From IMG/VR virus record IMGVR_UViG_3300044470_000064, positions 1 to 52,491 of that record: 52,491 nucleotides of DNA; one strand, written 5' to 3'. Both the position numbers and the translations under genes were made by a program. The stretch is from a virus (lineage: Duplodnaviria > Caudoviricetes). The notes beneath the pieces are model-generated. The model was not told where the DNA came from, made no database searches, and saw only the letters and a program-made list of their open reading frames with translations. Positions 25,886 through 35,922 of this stretch are shown in pieces (the stretch's first letter is position 1; each line of letters opens with the position of its first letter).

Positions 25886-27676
25886 ATGGCGATTGCCCTC
25901 GCCCAACAGGTAGGTGGTGGCGCCACCGTTACTGGGCAGACTACCTGCACGCCTGTGATCTCGTCGTCGGCGGGCAACCTGCTTGTCCTTATCGTCACCT
26001 GGTCCAGTTCGGGCCTGGGTACCAACGACAGCATCGCCGTCAACACAAACGGCGGTACCTGGGTCGGCGGCACCAATGTCGCCAACACGTCCCCGAACGG
26101 TTGCTCGTTCTCTGCCTATCTGCCCAATAACGCGGGCGGATCGCTGTCGTGGACGGCAACCTTCACCCCCGGCTATGGCAACACTACTCTCGGATGGACG
26201 TGGAACATCCTGGAGTTCTCCGGGATCGCCACCTCCTCGCCGCTCGACCTGGCGATGGTGTACAAGACCAACACCGCCCAGACGGCGTGGACGACCACGG
26301 CCGCCTCGGGGACGACGGTCTCCACCGATCTGCTGGTGGCCATCTATGGTGGGCACATCAGCTCGACCCTGACCTTCACGGCCAACGCCTCGGGGTCGTT
26401 GCCGTCGTCGGGGTGGGCGAACACCACACAGGTCGTCGCCGCGCTGGGCGGCGCCGCCAACTGTCACAACATCGGCTCGTACGTCGTCCCTGGCGCCACT
26501 GAGACCTCGCCGGTCTGCGTCATCACATGCTCGGCTTCTGTCACCTATGAGGGATTCCTCTGGACCTTCAAGGTCGGCGGCACCACTGACACCCCGACCG
26601 GCACTGGTGCAGAGACCGCCGCATCGACAGCCAGCCTGACGAGCGGCCAGGCCCTCACCTCTACCGCAGGCTCTACAGGCGCAGCCACCGCGAACGTCAC
26701 GACATCCCAGGCCCTCACCTCGACTGCGGCCGAGACGGGCGCATCCACGGCGAATGTCACCGCAGCGCAGACGCTATCCTCGACAGCGGCGGGCACGAGC
26801 GCCTCGACTGCTAACCTGACGAGCGGGCAGGCGCACACATCCACGGCGGCGAGCACTGGGGCTTCGACAGCCAACCTCACCGTCTCCCAGGCCCTCACCT
26901 CGACTGCGGCCGATGTTGGGGCTTCCACCGCCAACCTCACTGTCGCGGTAACGGCGACGGGCTCCGCCGCCGAGACAGGGGCCTCATCCTCCACTCTGAC
27001 GGAGGTTGCGGCTCATACTGGCGTCGCAGCGGAGATAGCAGCAGCGAGCGGCGCGCCGAGCGTGGCCAGCGGGGTTAGCCCGACTGGTACGGCCTCGGGC
27101 ACCAGTGGCGCTACAGCCAACCTTACGGTCTCTCAGGCGCTGACGAGCACGGGCGCAGAGATGGGCGCCTCGACCGCGAACCTGACCGAGACGGCGCTCC
27201 ACACCTCGACTGCGGCTGAATCGAGCGCTGCGAGCGGCGTCCCCAGCATCAACGCTGCGCCTGTTACCCCAACGGGAACGGGTGCGGGCACCAGTTCCGC
27301 GACCGCGAACCTATCGGTCACCGTCCTGCTGGTAAGCCTTGCCGCTGGGGTGGGCGACTTGGCGGCGAGCCTCACGCAAGCGGCGACCCTCGCTGGCATC
27401 GCACTCGGGACTAGCGGGGCAAGCGGCCTACTCTCCACGTTGCAGCAACTCGCGGGAACGGGTGCGAGCGTCAGCGGTGCATCGGGTACCCCGGCGCTCC
27501 TCATGCTGGCCGCCGCAGTCTACACGGCCACCGTCCGCAGCGGACAGGGATTCACCAGGGCCAGGACCGGCGCAACGGTCGCAACGTCCAGGACTGGCCA
27601 GGGCAATACCAGGGCGAGGACGGGAACGGTGACAGATACAGTCCGCACCGGCGATCTCACCGTCCACGCTCGATAG
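25886..27676 (+). CDS. Thr/Ala/Ser-rich virion fibre-like protein with ~20-aa repeats
   Basis: Beta-rich N-terminal domain then repeats of ASTANLTxSQALTSTAAETG. Confidence 0.7.
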   Translation: MAIALAQQVGGGATVTGQTTCTPVISSSAGNLLVLIVTWSSSGLGTNDSIAVNTNGGTWVGGTNVANTSPNGCSFSAYLPNNAGGSLSWTATFTPGYGNTTLGWTWNILEFSGIATSSPLDLAMVYKTNTAQTAWTTTAASGTTVSTDLLVAIYGGHISSTLTFTANASGSLPSSGWANTTQVVAALGGAANCHNIGSYVVPGATETSPVCVITCSASVTYEGFLWTFKVGGTTDTPTGTGAETAASTASLTSGQALTSTAGSTGAATANVTTSQALTSTAAETGASTANVTAAQTLSSTAAGTSASTANLTSGQAHTSTAASTGASTANLTVSQALTSTAADVGASTANLTVAVTATGSAAETGASSSTLTEVAAHTGVAAEIAAASGAPSVASGVSPTGTASGTSGATANLTVSQALTSTGAEMGASTANLTETALHTSTAAESSAASGVPSINAAPVTPTGTGAGTSSATANLSVTVLLVSLAAGVGDLAASLTQAATLAGIALGTSGASGLLSTLQQLAGTGASVSGASGTPALLMLAAAVYTATVRSGQGFTRARTGATVATSRTGQGNTRARTGTVTDTVRTGDLTVHAR

Positions 27677-27685
27677 GGAGACAGT

Positions 27686-28000
27686 ATGGCAGGCATCACG
27701 CCCTGGGCGACCGGGCAACTTCTCCCGACGTGGGTGATCTCGCTGGTGGACGACAACGGCAACCCCGTCAACCTGACGGGTGCTACGTCTGCCGCGCTGA
27801 GTTTCCTACAGGGGAACAGTGCCTCTGTCGGCGCCGGTGTGGCCGCGGTCGCATCCCCGCCCACGCTGGGACAGGTGACCTACGCGCCAGCAACGGCCGA
27901 TGTCGTCTCGCCGGGAACCTACAAGGTATTCGTGAACGTGACGTTCCCATCGGGGGTCCTCACGAGCGATCCGCTGCCATGGATTCTCGTCCAGTCATGA
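27686..28000 (+). CDS. BppU-N-like Ig-fold virion protein
   Basis: L.D..G.PVNLTGAT, GQVTY....AD....GTY...V.VTF..G. Confidence 0.65.
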   Translation: MAGITPWATGQLLPTWVISLVDDNGNPVNLTGATSAALSFLQGNSASVGAGVAAVASPPTLGQVTYAPATADVVSPGTYKVFVNVTFPSGVLTSDPLPWILVQS

Positions 28001-28173
28001 AACCCGAGTTCCGGTTTGAGATCGTCTGCCGTGACCACGGTGGGTGCGAGTTCACCCAGCACATCACCGCTACGGACGTCGAGAACGTCAACGGCAAGCT
28101 GATCCTGCGGATTGGCAAGCGGAAGGTCGCCATCTTCCCGCCCGACCTCTGGGTCAGCTACAGGCCACTCTAG
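27997..28173 (+). CDS. Hypothetical protein
   Basis: ATGA overlap. Confidence 0.55.
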   Translation: MKPEFRFEIVCRDHGGCEFTQHITATDVENVNGKLILRIGKRKVAIFPPDLWVSYRPL

Positions 28174-28181
28174 GAGACGCG

Positions 28182-28664
28182 ATGTTCTGTTCTCTCTGCG
28201 GCCAGGTGATGCCGGTCATTGCGGCCGTCGTTGAGCCTGCGCCTGTCCCCGACGAGGCTGTCGTCACGAAGCGGCTGTCGGTGCCCGACAATCCCAAGCG
28301 CTACGTCTGGGGCGTCGCGTATCCCTCTGAGCGCGCAGACGGCCATCACGAATGGATGAGTGCCGACGAACTGGAGCGGACCGCTTGGGACTTCTGCCGC
28401 AAGGGGCGCCGGATCGGCTTCTACCACGCGGACGGGACGATGGGTCACGGGACGGTCGTGGAGACGGGCATCTGGCGCGGCCCAGACTGGGAAACCACCG
28501 ACATCTACGGTAACTCCCAGGTCATCAAGACCAACGATTGGACCATGGGTATTGAACTGGACAACATCGGTTTTGAGCAAGTCATCGACGGGAACGCGGA
28601 CGGGCTCAGTATGGATGGTGTCGCCAAGAGACGCATTCGGCGCTTGCCGACTGGGGATAACTGA
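28182..28664 (+). CDS. XkdF-like putative prohead serine protease
   Basis: RYVWGVAYP...DGH.EWMS..ELE..AW.F, G..H, G.VVE, GLSMDG. Confidence 0.8.
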   Translation: MFCSLCGQVMPVIAAVVEPAPVPDEAVVTKRLSVPDNPKRYVWGVAYPSERADGHHEWMSADELERTAWDFCRKGRRIGFYHADGTMGHGTVVETGIWRGPDWETTDIYGNSQVIKTNDWTMGIELDNIGFEQVIDGNADGLSMDGVAKRRIRRLPTGDN

Positions 28665-30190
28665 TGGATGACGAGTTCGGCCTGACCGACGAGGAAGAGG
28701 AGCCGATCTTCAAGGAGATGTTCGCCGCCGACATCCCCCGCATGGATCTCGTGAAGAGACCGGCGTCGGGGATGCTCTTCACCATCATGAAGTCCAACGA
28801 CCCGCAGGACCCACTCAGCATCGCGCTGATGAAGCGTCCCCCGCAGCACCCCTCGCTAGTAGCTAAGGCCGCCAAGGCCGCCAAACCAAAGGAGCCGCAA
28901 ATGGCGAACCTGAACGAGGCGCCGATTGCGGCGCCACCCGAGACCCCCGTTACAAAGGCTGACGGAGACGTGGCCGACCTCGACGCTGGCGAGATTCTCG
29001 TCGGCAACCCGGCCACCAGCGCCACCTCTACCCCCGCCAGTCCTGGCTGGGAGCAGATGGACGCCGACACCGCCCAGAAGTGGACCACCATCCTGACCCG
29101 GGCAGACATCGCCCTAGAGACCCTCTCTGATCGTGAAGCCCAAGAGGCCGTCTCGCCGGAAGGCAACGATACGGACTTTGACAACTCCTACGATCTCGCC
29201 AGTGCCCGGGAGGCGGTCCAGTGGGTCATCGGTATCCTCGCCGCCTATGCGGTGGGCGAGCAGACCGAGGCTGACGAGGTCTCCGATGGCGTGTTCAAGG
29301 CGCTCCAGTCGCTCGACCCTGTCAAGGTCGGTGCCGACGCCGATGTGATCCTGGGGCTGCGCGCCGTCAAGAAGGCGGGGCGTGTCCTGTCCGGCTCCAA
29401 CGAGCAGGCCATCCGGGACGCCATCGCGTCTCTTACCAACGTACTCGCCACTCTACCTGCGGCCCCCGTCGAGGACGCCGTTGTGAAGGCCCAGGAGGTG
29501 CCCACCTTGCCCCAGACGCCCAATGAGCCGCTGATCGCGGCATACGACCTCTCGCACGCTCCCATCGGCGTGACGGTGGCATCCAAGATGCTCTCGTTCG
29601 ACCAGGCCAAGGAACGCGTCACCAAGGCCAAGGGTGACCCGATGGTTGCCTGCTACAACGCCAACGGCGACCTGATCGGCGTGGTGGACCCCGACGACCT
29701 CGTGACCACGGCCGCCGGGAAGCCCGCCGAGACTGCGGACGCCGCCCCTGCGCCGGCGGACGGCGACGGCGCTCAGCCCCCGAACCCTGACGTGGCCGAC
29801 GCGGCTGCGGCCAATGCTGCGACTGCCGCTGCGGCACCTACGGCACCCGTGGCCCCCGTGGCCAAGGCACTTGACAATATGGCAGAGACGGTCCGTAAGG
29901 CCGTGGCCGATGCGATCGAAGCAGCGGAAGAGGGCCACCAGAAGGTGGTCAAGTCGCTGGAGGATCGTTTGGCCAAGGTGGAGACCAGCCCTGCCCCCGG
30001 TGGACCGCTCCTGAGTGACCGCCCGCACGGCGGACCCGAGAGTGGCGCACATCTTCGCGACCAGGGAGCCGGATCGAACCCGGCGCTGGAGTTGGTGGAG
30101 AAGCAACTCGCAGTTGCCACCGACCCCTCAGAGCGGACGCGACTTCAGAGGCTCGCGTTCCTCGAAACCCTCAAGCCGCGCTACCAGTAA
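28664..30190 (+). CDS. Head scaffold/maturation protein
   Basis: IPRMDLVKRPASG..F.IMKS, KAGRVLSGSNE, acidic Ala-rich with C-terminal coiled coil; directly upstream of the capsid gene. Confidence 0.7.
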   Translation: MDDEFGLTDEEEEPIFKEMFAADIPRMDLVKRPASGMLFTIMKSNDPQDPLSIALMKRPPQHPSLVAKAAKAAKPKEPQMANLNEAPIAAPPETPVTKADGDVADLDAGEILVGNPATSATSTPASPGWEQMDADTAQKWTTILTRADIALETLSDREAQEAVSPEGNDTDFDNSYDLASAREAVQWVIGILAAYAVGEQTEADEVSDGVFKALQSLDPVKVGADADVILGLRAVKKAGRVLSGSNEQAIRDAIASLTNVLATLPAAPVEDAVVKAQEVPTLPQTPNEPLIAAYDLSHAPIGVTVASKMLSFDQAKERVTKAKGDPMVACYNANGDLIGVVDPDDLVTTAAGKPAETADAAPAPADGDGAQPPNPDVADAAAANAATAAAAPTAPVAPVAKALDNMAETVRKAVADAIEAAEEGHQKVVKSLEDRLAKVETSPAPGGPLLSDRPHGGPESGAHLRDQGAGSNPALELVEKQLAVATDPSERTRLQRLAFLETLKPRYQ

Positions 30191-30226
30191 GCCTCCCACC
30201 TCACACCTAAAGGAATCTACTTCCAC

Positions 30227-31732
30227 ATGGACCTCCAGAACATCAGCGAAGAGACCATCGGCTCGGTCAAGAAGGCCCTGAGCACCACTGGCTGGACTTC
30301 CGGCCTCGGTGTCGTCGGCTATGACCTCGGCCCCGTGGTCACCCTGCTCCCGAAGTTCACGCCCCTGCGTGACCAGCTCCCCCGCGTCAACTCGACCGAG
30401 GGCGCCAAGTTCACGGTGTGGCGCACTCTTCTCAACGTCCTCGATTCGCAGCCCTCGATCTTCCCCGGCTTCGACACGGCAGGTAACATGGTGGTTGTCG
30501 ATGAGATCGACAGCTTCTCCAACTATGTGCCGATCGAACTGAAGGGCATGATCACCCAGGACTCGATCGACATCGCCAAGGGCTACGCCGACGCCCACGC
30601 GCTCATGGTCGCCCAGGTTCTCACCAACCTGCTCAACCTTGAGGACCGCGCCCTCGGGGCCGGCGCCCAGAACTACGCTCTGCCTGCGATCGGGACCGTC
30701 GTGGTCTCCGCCGGCACCGCGGCTAACGGCATCTCCGGCAAGACCACGGGCGGCTCCATCGGCCCTGCTGCCGGTGTCCACGTGCGGTGCGCGCCCATCT
30801 CGGGATGGAACTACTACAACGGCGGCTCTGGCCCCGCTTCGGCAGATGCCACCGTGACCACTGGTAGCACCAGCTCCACCAACGCGGTCGGCGCCTTCGT
30901 GCCTGCCGTCAAGGGGGCTGTCGGCTACATCTGGTTCGTCGGGAATTCGTCCTCGAACCAGGTCTACTTCACCACGACCACGACCAACACGGTCCTGATC
31001 ACGAGCGTCCCGACCACGGCTTGCGCTCTTCCGACGTACGAGGTCCCGGACCTCTACCCGGTCGTGCCGACCATGACCACCGTGGATACCTCGTACTCGC
31101 CCCTCGTCTTCAACTCGATGCTTGCCACCATCCTCGGTGACTACGGACCTTCCGGTGTTGTCACTCCTGGACAGGGTACCAGCTCGGGTGCGACTTGGGT
31201 CTCGGCAGACGGTGCCACGCTGAGCGTGAACGGGTCGAGTGTTGCGCTGTTCGATCAGCTCAACCTCTCGATCTACAACTCGATCAAGCAGTCGCCGACC
31301 GCCTACATGATGAACGCCCAGCAGGCGTCGGACCTCGGTGGTGGATTGCTGGCCAGCCCGGCCGCGACCCTCTACCTCCAGCCGAACGGTGATGGACGCT
31401 CCAACATCTTCGCGTCTGGTTTCATCGGAACCTACCTCAACAAGGCGCTGAGCGGTGCTCCGATCCGGATCGAAGTTCACCCGAGCGTTCCCCCGGGAAC
31501 CGTCATCGCCAGGTCCGATGTCCTGACGAACGTCCCCGGCTCGGACGTCGGCAACGTCTTCGAAGTCCGCACCCACCGGGACTACGCTGAGTTCCCCTAC
31601 GCTGCGACGGACAGCCCGGCCTCTGGCCCGAGCGGACCGCGTGAGATCTGGGGCATTCGGTCCCTGGAGACCCTGGTCAACCGCGCTCCCGTGAGCTGCG
31701 GCGTGATTAGCAACATCGCGGCTTCGGAATAA
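30227..31732 (+). CDS. Major capsid protein
   Basis: Position, size, strong codon bias; YDL....L.P..TPLR..LPR N-terminal motif, HP.VPPGT. Confidence 0.8.
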   Translation: MDLQNISEETIGSVKKALSTTGWTSGLGVVGYDLGPVVTLLPKFTPLRDQLPRVNSTEGAKFTVWRTLLNVLDSQPSIFPGFDTAGNMVVVDEIDSFSNYVPIELKGMITQDSIDIAKGYADAHALMVAQVLTNLLNLEDRALGAGAQNYALPAIGTVVVSAGTAANGISGKTTGGSIGPAAGVHVRCAPISGWNYYNGGSGPASADATVTTGSTSSTNAVGAFVPAVKGAVGYIWFVGNSSSNQVYFTTTTTNTVLITSVPTTACALPTYEVPDLYPVVPTMTTVDTSYSPLVFNSMLATILGDYGPSGVVTPGQGTSSGATWVSADGATLSVNGSSVALFDQLNLSIYNSIKQSPTAYMMNAQQASDLGGGLLASPAATLYLQPNGDGRSNIFASGFIGTYLNKALSGAPIRIEVHPSVPPGTVIARSDVLTNVPGSDVGNVFEVRTHRDYAEFPYAATDSPASGPSGPREIWGIRSLETLVNRAPVSCGVISNIAASE

Positions 31733-31828
31733 CCTGAACTGATCGGGTGAGGGCCTCTGGCCTTTAGCCCGGACAACGCCGTGGCCCCGAGGCGTCAATA
31801 TCGGGGCACTCTTTCTGGGAGGGAAGCG

Positions 31829-32461
31829 TTGCGCGTCGTCTGTCCCTTCACTGGCATCTACCCGCAGGTAGACGCCGCTCTCAACGCTCACGCCCCAACA
31901 TGCGAGCGCATCAAGGCTGCACGGTGTGATCTCCCCGCCGACTGCGGGGTCATCAACTGTAACGACCAGCGCCGGCACTGCCACCACCGGGAGTGTGAGG
32001 ACGTCTATTTCGACACGGTAGCTGCCCTATGGAGTGGCGGCGAGGACTTCATGCTCATTGAGCACGACATCGAGATCAGGGCGGGCGTCGTCGAGGAGTT
32101 GGCCGCCTGCCCCGAGCCGTGGTGCCTGTTCCCGTTCCCCGGGCCAGGGTTCAGCGCTGAGGGTGGCAACCTCCTGACGATCTCGCTGGGATGCACTCGG
32201 TTTCGATCCGAACTCCTCGCCGCACAGCCTGACCTCATGGGGGCCGTGGACGGTCGCTGCCAGGTTCACCGTAGCGGGAGCACCCGCGACTGGCACCGCC
32301 TCGACGTGACGATGGTGTCGGTACTCCGCGAGCGCGGGTATCCTGACCCTCACATCCACACGCCCCCCGTGATCCATCATCACATGTACCCCTTTGAGGG
32401 CTGCGCCTGCGGCGATCCTGACTGCCGCCCGCCCACCGAGTGGCACGTCACCCGCCCATGA
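31829..32461 (+). CDS. Glycosyltransferase-like protein (GT-A-like EHD motif)
   Basis: FMLIEHDI, ACPEPWC, LGCTRF; paralogous to 36682-37206. Confidence 0.55.
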   Translation: MRVVCPFTGIYPQVDAALNAHAPTCERIKAARCDLPADCGVINCNDQRRHCHHRECEDVYFDTVAALWSGGEDFMLIEHDIEIRAGVVEELAACPEPWCLFPFPGPGFSAEGGNLLTISLGCTRFRSELLAAQPDLMGAVDGRCQVHRSGSTRDWHRLDVTMVSVLRERGYPDPHIHTPPVIHHHMYPFEGCACGDPDCRPPTEWHVTRP

Positions 32462-33081
32462 TCTCGCACTTCTACCACGTATACGCTGTCGGAGGATGGC
32501 GGGACGTGGTGGCGGAGCACCTGGACGCCGTGGTGGGCAGTGGCCTGCCGATCGCCGTCATCAACTTGGGTGTCGTCGGGACGCCCGAGGCGCAGGAACA
32601 GGCGTGTGCTCTGGTCAGATCGCGAATCCCGGTTAGGGTCGTGGCCCGCGCCGAACAGGGTGCTGAGGAGATCACCCTCGCCGCGCTCTGGCGTGAATCC
32701 CCACCCATCGTGTTGTATGCCCACACCAAGGGCGTTCACGTCGCCACGGCGTTCAACGCGGCTTGGCGGCGCAAGATGACCCGGAGCCTGGTGTCGGGAT
32801 GGCGCGACTGCCTCCCCCTGTTGGACGGCCACGATCTGGTCGGTTGCCACTGGCTCTCGCCCAGTTCGCTGGAGGCGTACGGGAACGGCCCGAGCACTCC
32901 CTGCTTCGGCGGGAATTTCTGGTGGGCCACCCGAGATTGGCTGGCCACACTGGGTCCTCCCCGGCAAGACGGCACCCGTTTCGACGCTGAGACATGGATC
33001 GGTGGCGGTGGGAATCCAGAAACACCGCCGCGCGTAGCAGACCTGAATCCTGGATGGCCCGCCATGGAGTTGTTTGGATGA
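32458..33081 (+). CDS. Putative glycosyltransferase-like protein
   Basis: HFYH, E..TL..L, VLYAHTKG, FGGNFWWA, RFDAETWIG. Confidence 0.55.
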   Translation: MISHFYHVYAVGGWRDVVAEHLDAVVGSGLPIAVINLGVVGTPEAQEQACALVRSRIPVRVVARAEQGAEEITLAALWRESPPIVLYAHTKGVHVATAFNAAWRRKMTRSLVSGWRDCLPLLDGHDLVGCHWLSPSSLEAYGNGPSTPCFGGNFWWATRDWLATLGPPRQDGTRFDAETWIGGGGNPETPPRVADLNPGWPAMELFG

Positions 33082-33581
33082 TGCGATTGAACTTCGGCTG
33101 CGGTGAGTTCTACCAGGAAGGCTGGACGAACATCGAGCTGGTGGACGACGGCACCTATCGTGCTGACCTGTACGCCGACGTCCGCCACCTCGACCTCCCC
33201 GATGAGTGCGCCGAAGCCGTCTACGCTGGCCACGTCCTGGAGCACATCGCCCTGGAGGACGCCGAACAGGTGCTCTCCGAGGCTTGGCGGCTGCTCGTCC
33301 CCGGCGGAAGGCTGTGCGTAGTCGCCCCGGACCTTGACCGTGTGGACCCCAACAACAAGGGATTGGTCGATGCGGTGGTGATCGGCGGTCGTCCGGGTGT
33401 GGACGGGCATGACTATCCATCCACCATGCACCACTGGACTTGCACCGAGGCCAAGTTGCTCCCCATCGTGCAGGGGGTGTTTCCCAACGCCCACCCGATG
33501 CCCAGCGTCGGCCTGGGCCAGCGTGGATGGCCTGTGGTGGCTGAGGTGGACTGGCAGTGCGCCATAGAGGCGACCAAGTGA
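33078..33581 (+). CDS. Class I SAM-dependent methyltransferase
   Basis: LNFGCG, HVLEH, RLLVPGGRLCVVAPD. Confidence 0.85.
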   Translation: MMRLNFGCGEFYQEGWTNIELVDDGTYRADLYADVRHLDLPDECAEAVYAGHVLEHIALEDAEQVLSEAWRLLVPGGRLCVVAPDLDRVDPNNKGLVDAVVIGGRPGVDGHDYPSTMHHWTCTEAKLLPIVQGVFPNAHPMPSVGLGQRGWPVVAEVDWQCAIEATK

Positions 33582-34258
33582 TCACGGTCGTCATTCCAGC
33601 AGCCGGGGAGGGATCGCGCTTCCGCCAAGCCGGATACACGGACCCAAAGCTCCTCATCCCCGTCCTGGGCATCCCCATGGTCTATCGGGTGCTGGCGAAC
33701 GTTACTCCAGTTCTCCGCCCCTCCCATACGGTCGTGGTCCACCGCGGAGACCTAGAGGGTTGGGTGGCCCTCGATCGCCCCACCGGCGGGGCATTGGAGA
33801 CAATCTTGCGAGCCGAGGGTCAGATCGACCCCGACGATGGGCTCCTGCTCGCCAACTGCGACCAACTCATCACTCTCGACCCTGATAGGTTCGTGGCTGC
33901 CGCAGAGCAACACGACGGAGCCGTGGTGGTGTTTCCCTCCAGCAACCCCCACCACTCCTACGTCGAGGCTGACGCTGACGGGGTCATAACCCGGATCGTG
34001 GAGAAGGAGGTCATCTCTCGTCACGCGGTCTCAGGGGTGTATTACTTCACTCGGGCCTCGGAATTTATCGCCGCTGCAAAGCGGGCCATCGCTGGCGACC
34101 AAAGGGTCAAGGGTGAGTTCTACGTGTCCACCGCCATCGGTCTGATGATCGAGGCGGGAGCGAAACTAATCCCCTATCCAGCAGACACGGCCATTCTCGG
34201 CACCCCTGACGAGTTGCAGCTTTTCGAGATGGCCGCGCGGGTTGCCGCGGATCTATGA
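33578..34258 (+). CDS. Sugar-phosphate nucleotidyltransferase-like protein
   Basis: IPAAGEGSRF....Y..PK.LI, NCDQ, EKEVIS, GEFYV, LGTP. Confidence 0.85.
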   Translation: MITVVIPAAGEGSRFRQAGYTDPKLLIPVLGIPMVYRVLANVTPVLRPSHTVVVHRGDLEGWVALDRPTGGALETILRAEGQIDPDDGLLLANCDQLITLDPDRFVAAAEQHDGAVVVFPSSNPHHSYVEADADGVITRIVEKEVISRHAVSGVYYFTRASEFIAAAKRAIAGDQRVKGEFYVSTAIGLMIEAGAKLIPYPADTAILGTPDELQLFEMAARVAADL

Positions 34259-34902
34259 ACGTGCTCGTCTTCGGCGGGGGCGGGATAGCTCAGGGGATTG
34301 GGCGGGTGATGAGCGCCACCATTCTCGAACAGAGGGACGTGGACGTCCGGATGATGGGTGCGGTGGCCGCAGCCGTCCAGCAACGTCGCCCGGAAGTCGT
34401 GGTCAACTGTGCCGGCGTGTCCTACGTCCACGAGATCGGGGGTTGCCACCCCGACGCCTGGGAGCAGGATGTATTCGTCAACCTGATCGGCAGCTATCAC
34501 GTAGCGCGCGCGTGCTGCGCTTTCGGTGTCCAGACCATGATCTTCATCGCCAGCGTGGCGGGGATGTACGGCAAGCCCAACCACTCTAGCTACTGCGCCT
34601 CCAAGGCGGGGGTCATCTCGCTGGTGCAGTCGCTGGCGATGGAAGGCCACAACGCCTACGCTATCTCCCCCGGTCGGGTAGATACTCCGATGCGTGAGCG
34701 CGACTACCCAAACGACACTCCCGGCAGTCGGCTGTCCCCGGAGCAGATCGGCGGCGTGGTCCAGGAGATAATCCGCGGCGAGCACACCCCGGGCGACAAC
34801 ATCGTCATCCGCAAGCAAGGGCTGACGGAGGTCATACGCGAGGTGGACCGTGGGGGGCCGTGGCGCGAGACGCTACGGGTTGGCCAGCCGGTGACGATAT
34901 GA
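34255..34902 (+). CDS. Short-chain dehydrogenase/reductase
   Basis: GGGGIA, NCAG, ASVAG, YCASK, SPGRVDT. Confidence 0.9.
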   Translation: MNVLVFGGGGIAQGIGRVMSATILEQRDVDVRMMGAVAAAVQQRRPEVVVNCAGVSYVHEIGGCHPDAWEQDVFVNLIGSYHVARACCAFGVQTMIFIASVAGMYGKPNHSSYCASKAGVISLVQSLAMEGHNAYAISPGRVDTPMRERDYPNDTPGSRLSPEQIGGVVQEIIRGEHTPGDNIVIRKQGLTEVIREVDRGGPWRETLRVGQPVTI

Positions 34903-35093
34903 ACGTCCCCCAAGGCGTGTTGCGCCGCATGGCTGACAAGTACACGGCCAACTTCACCCAGGTCCGCAGGATGTCAACCTGTGCCGGGTGCGAGCGAAGG
35001 GTCGTGCGTCCCTACCATTGCTGGCTCACTGAGGGCGGCTACCTGAAGGAGCTGCACCTCTGCGGGCGATGCTGGAGACGCAATGCCGAGTAG
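34899..35093 (+). CDS. Small Zn-finger protein
   Basis: CAGC...LCGRC; ATGA overlap. Confidence 0.5.
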   Translation: MNVPQGVLRRMADKYTANFTQVRRMSTCAGCERRVVRPYHCWLTEGGYLKELHLCGRCWRRNAE

Positions 35094-35922
35094 AGCGGTC
35101 TTTCTGGTATGCCTCTACGATACGAGAGACCACTTCCAACGCGCTGCGGCCCTGGCCGAATCTCTCCACCGTCTTAGCCCTGGCGAGGAGATCGCTGTGA
35201 TCTTCTCTAACCAAGACCACCTGGATCGGTTCCGTGCTCTCGGCCAGGACGTGATCCCGCTGCTGCTGCCCCCCGAACGGCTGGTCCATGAGCACCAGAT
35301 CACGGTCAAGAAGCTGGTGGGGGTCAAGGCGCTGTTCGAGGCCGGGTACGACTACGTCGCGGTGGTGGACGCCGAGAGTGTGTTCATCAAGCCGGTGGAC
35401 GCGGCCCTTCTCTGTGAGGAGATTTGGCAAGCCCCGATCATCGGCAACCTGCCGACCCAACTCGCCACTGATAACTTGCTAGGCACGCTGTCGGAACTGA
35501 GCCTGCCTCCGACCGATGGGTTGGCGGACTACTTCACATGGTTCAACGAGATCCCGGTCTACGAGCGGACCACTTTCCAGGGGTTTTGGGAGTGGTTGGA
35601 GCCCCGGACAGCCGGGGTCTTCGGCGGTGTCTGGAGTTCAGACTACACTCCCTACACCTTTTACCTGATGCTCCACGGAATCAAACGGGTCAAGCCCGTC
35701 GACATACGTTCCCGCTACTACGGTCTGTTGGAAGAACTTCCTTGCCGCGACGATCTCGATAGGAACGCCGTCCTGGATCAGATGGGCACACACTGGTCTA
35801 CATCGATGGTCGGTCTAGACGACAAGCCGCGTATCAAGATGCTGTTCAACATGGATCGGTTTGTCGCTGAGGCGAGCGTGAATATCAAGGCTGCTCCTCT
35901 GGGGGTGGGCAATGTCGAGTAG
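35083..35922 (+). CDS. Putative glycosyltransferase-like protein
   Basis: YDYVAVVDAESVFIKP DxD-like motif; cluster context. Confidence 0.55.
   Translation: MPSRAVFLVCLYDTRDHFQRAAALAESLHRLSPGEEIAVIFSNQDHLDRFRALGQDVIPLLLPPERLVHEHQITVKKLVGVKALFEAGYDYVAVVDAESVFIKPVDAALLCEEIWQAPIIGNLPTQLATDNLLGTLSELSLPPTDGLADYFTWFNEIPVYERTTFQGFWEWLEPRTAGVFGGVWSSDYTPYTFYLMLHGIKRVKPVDIRSRYYGLLEELPCRDDLDRNAVLDQMGTHWSTSMVGLDDKPRIKMLFNMDRFVAEASVNIKAAPLGVGNVE

Noticed and set aside
23165-33678. Long minus-strand ORFs (e.g. 23165-24688, 25160-26467, 30128-31987, 32380-33678)
   Set aside because: Antisense shadows of high-GC plus-strand genes with no motifs of their own
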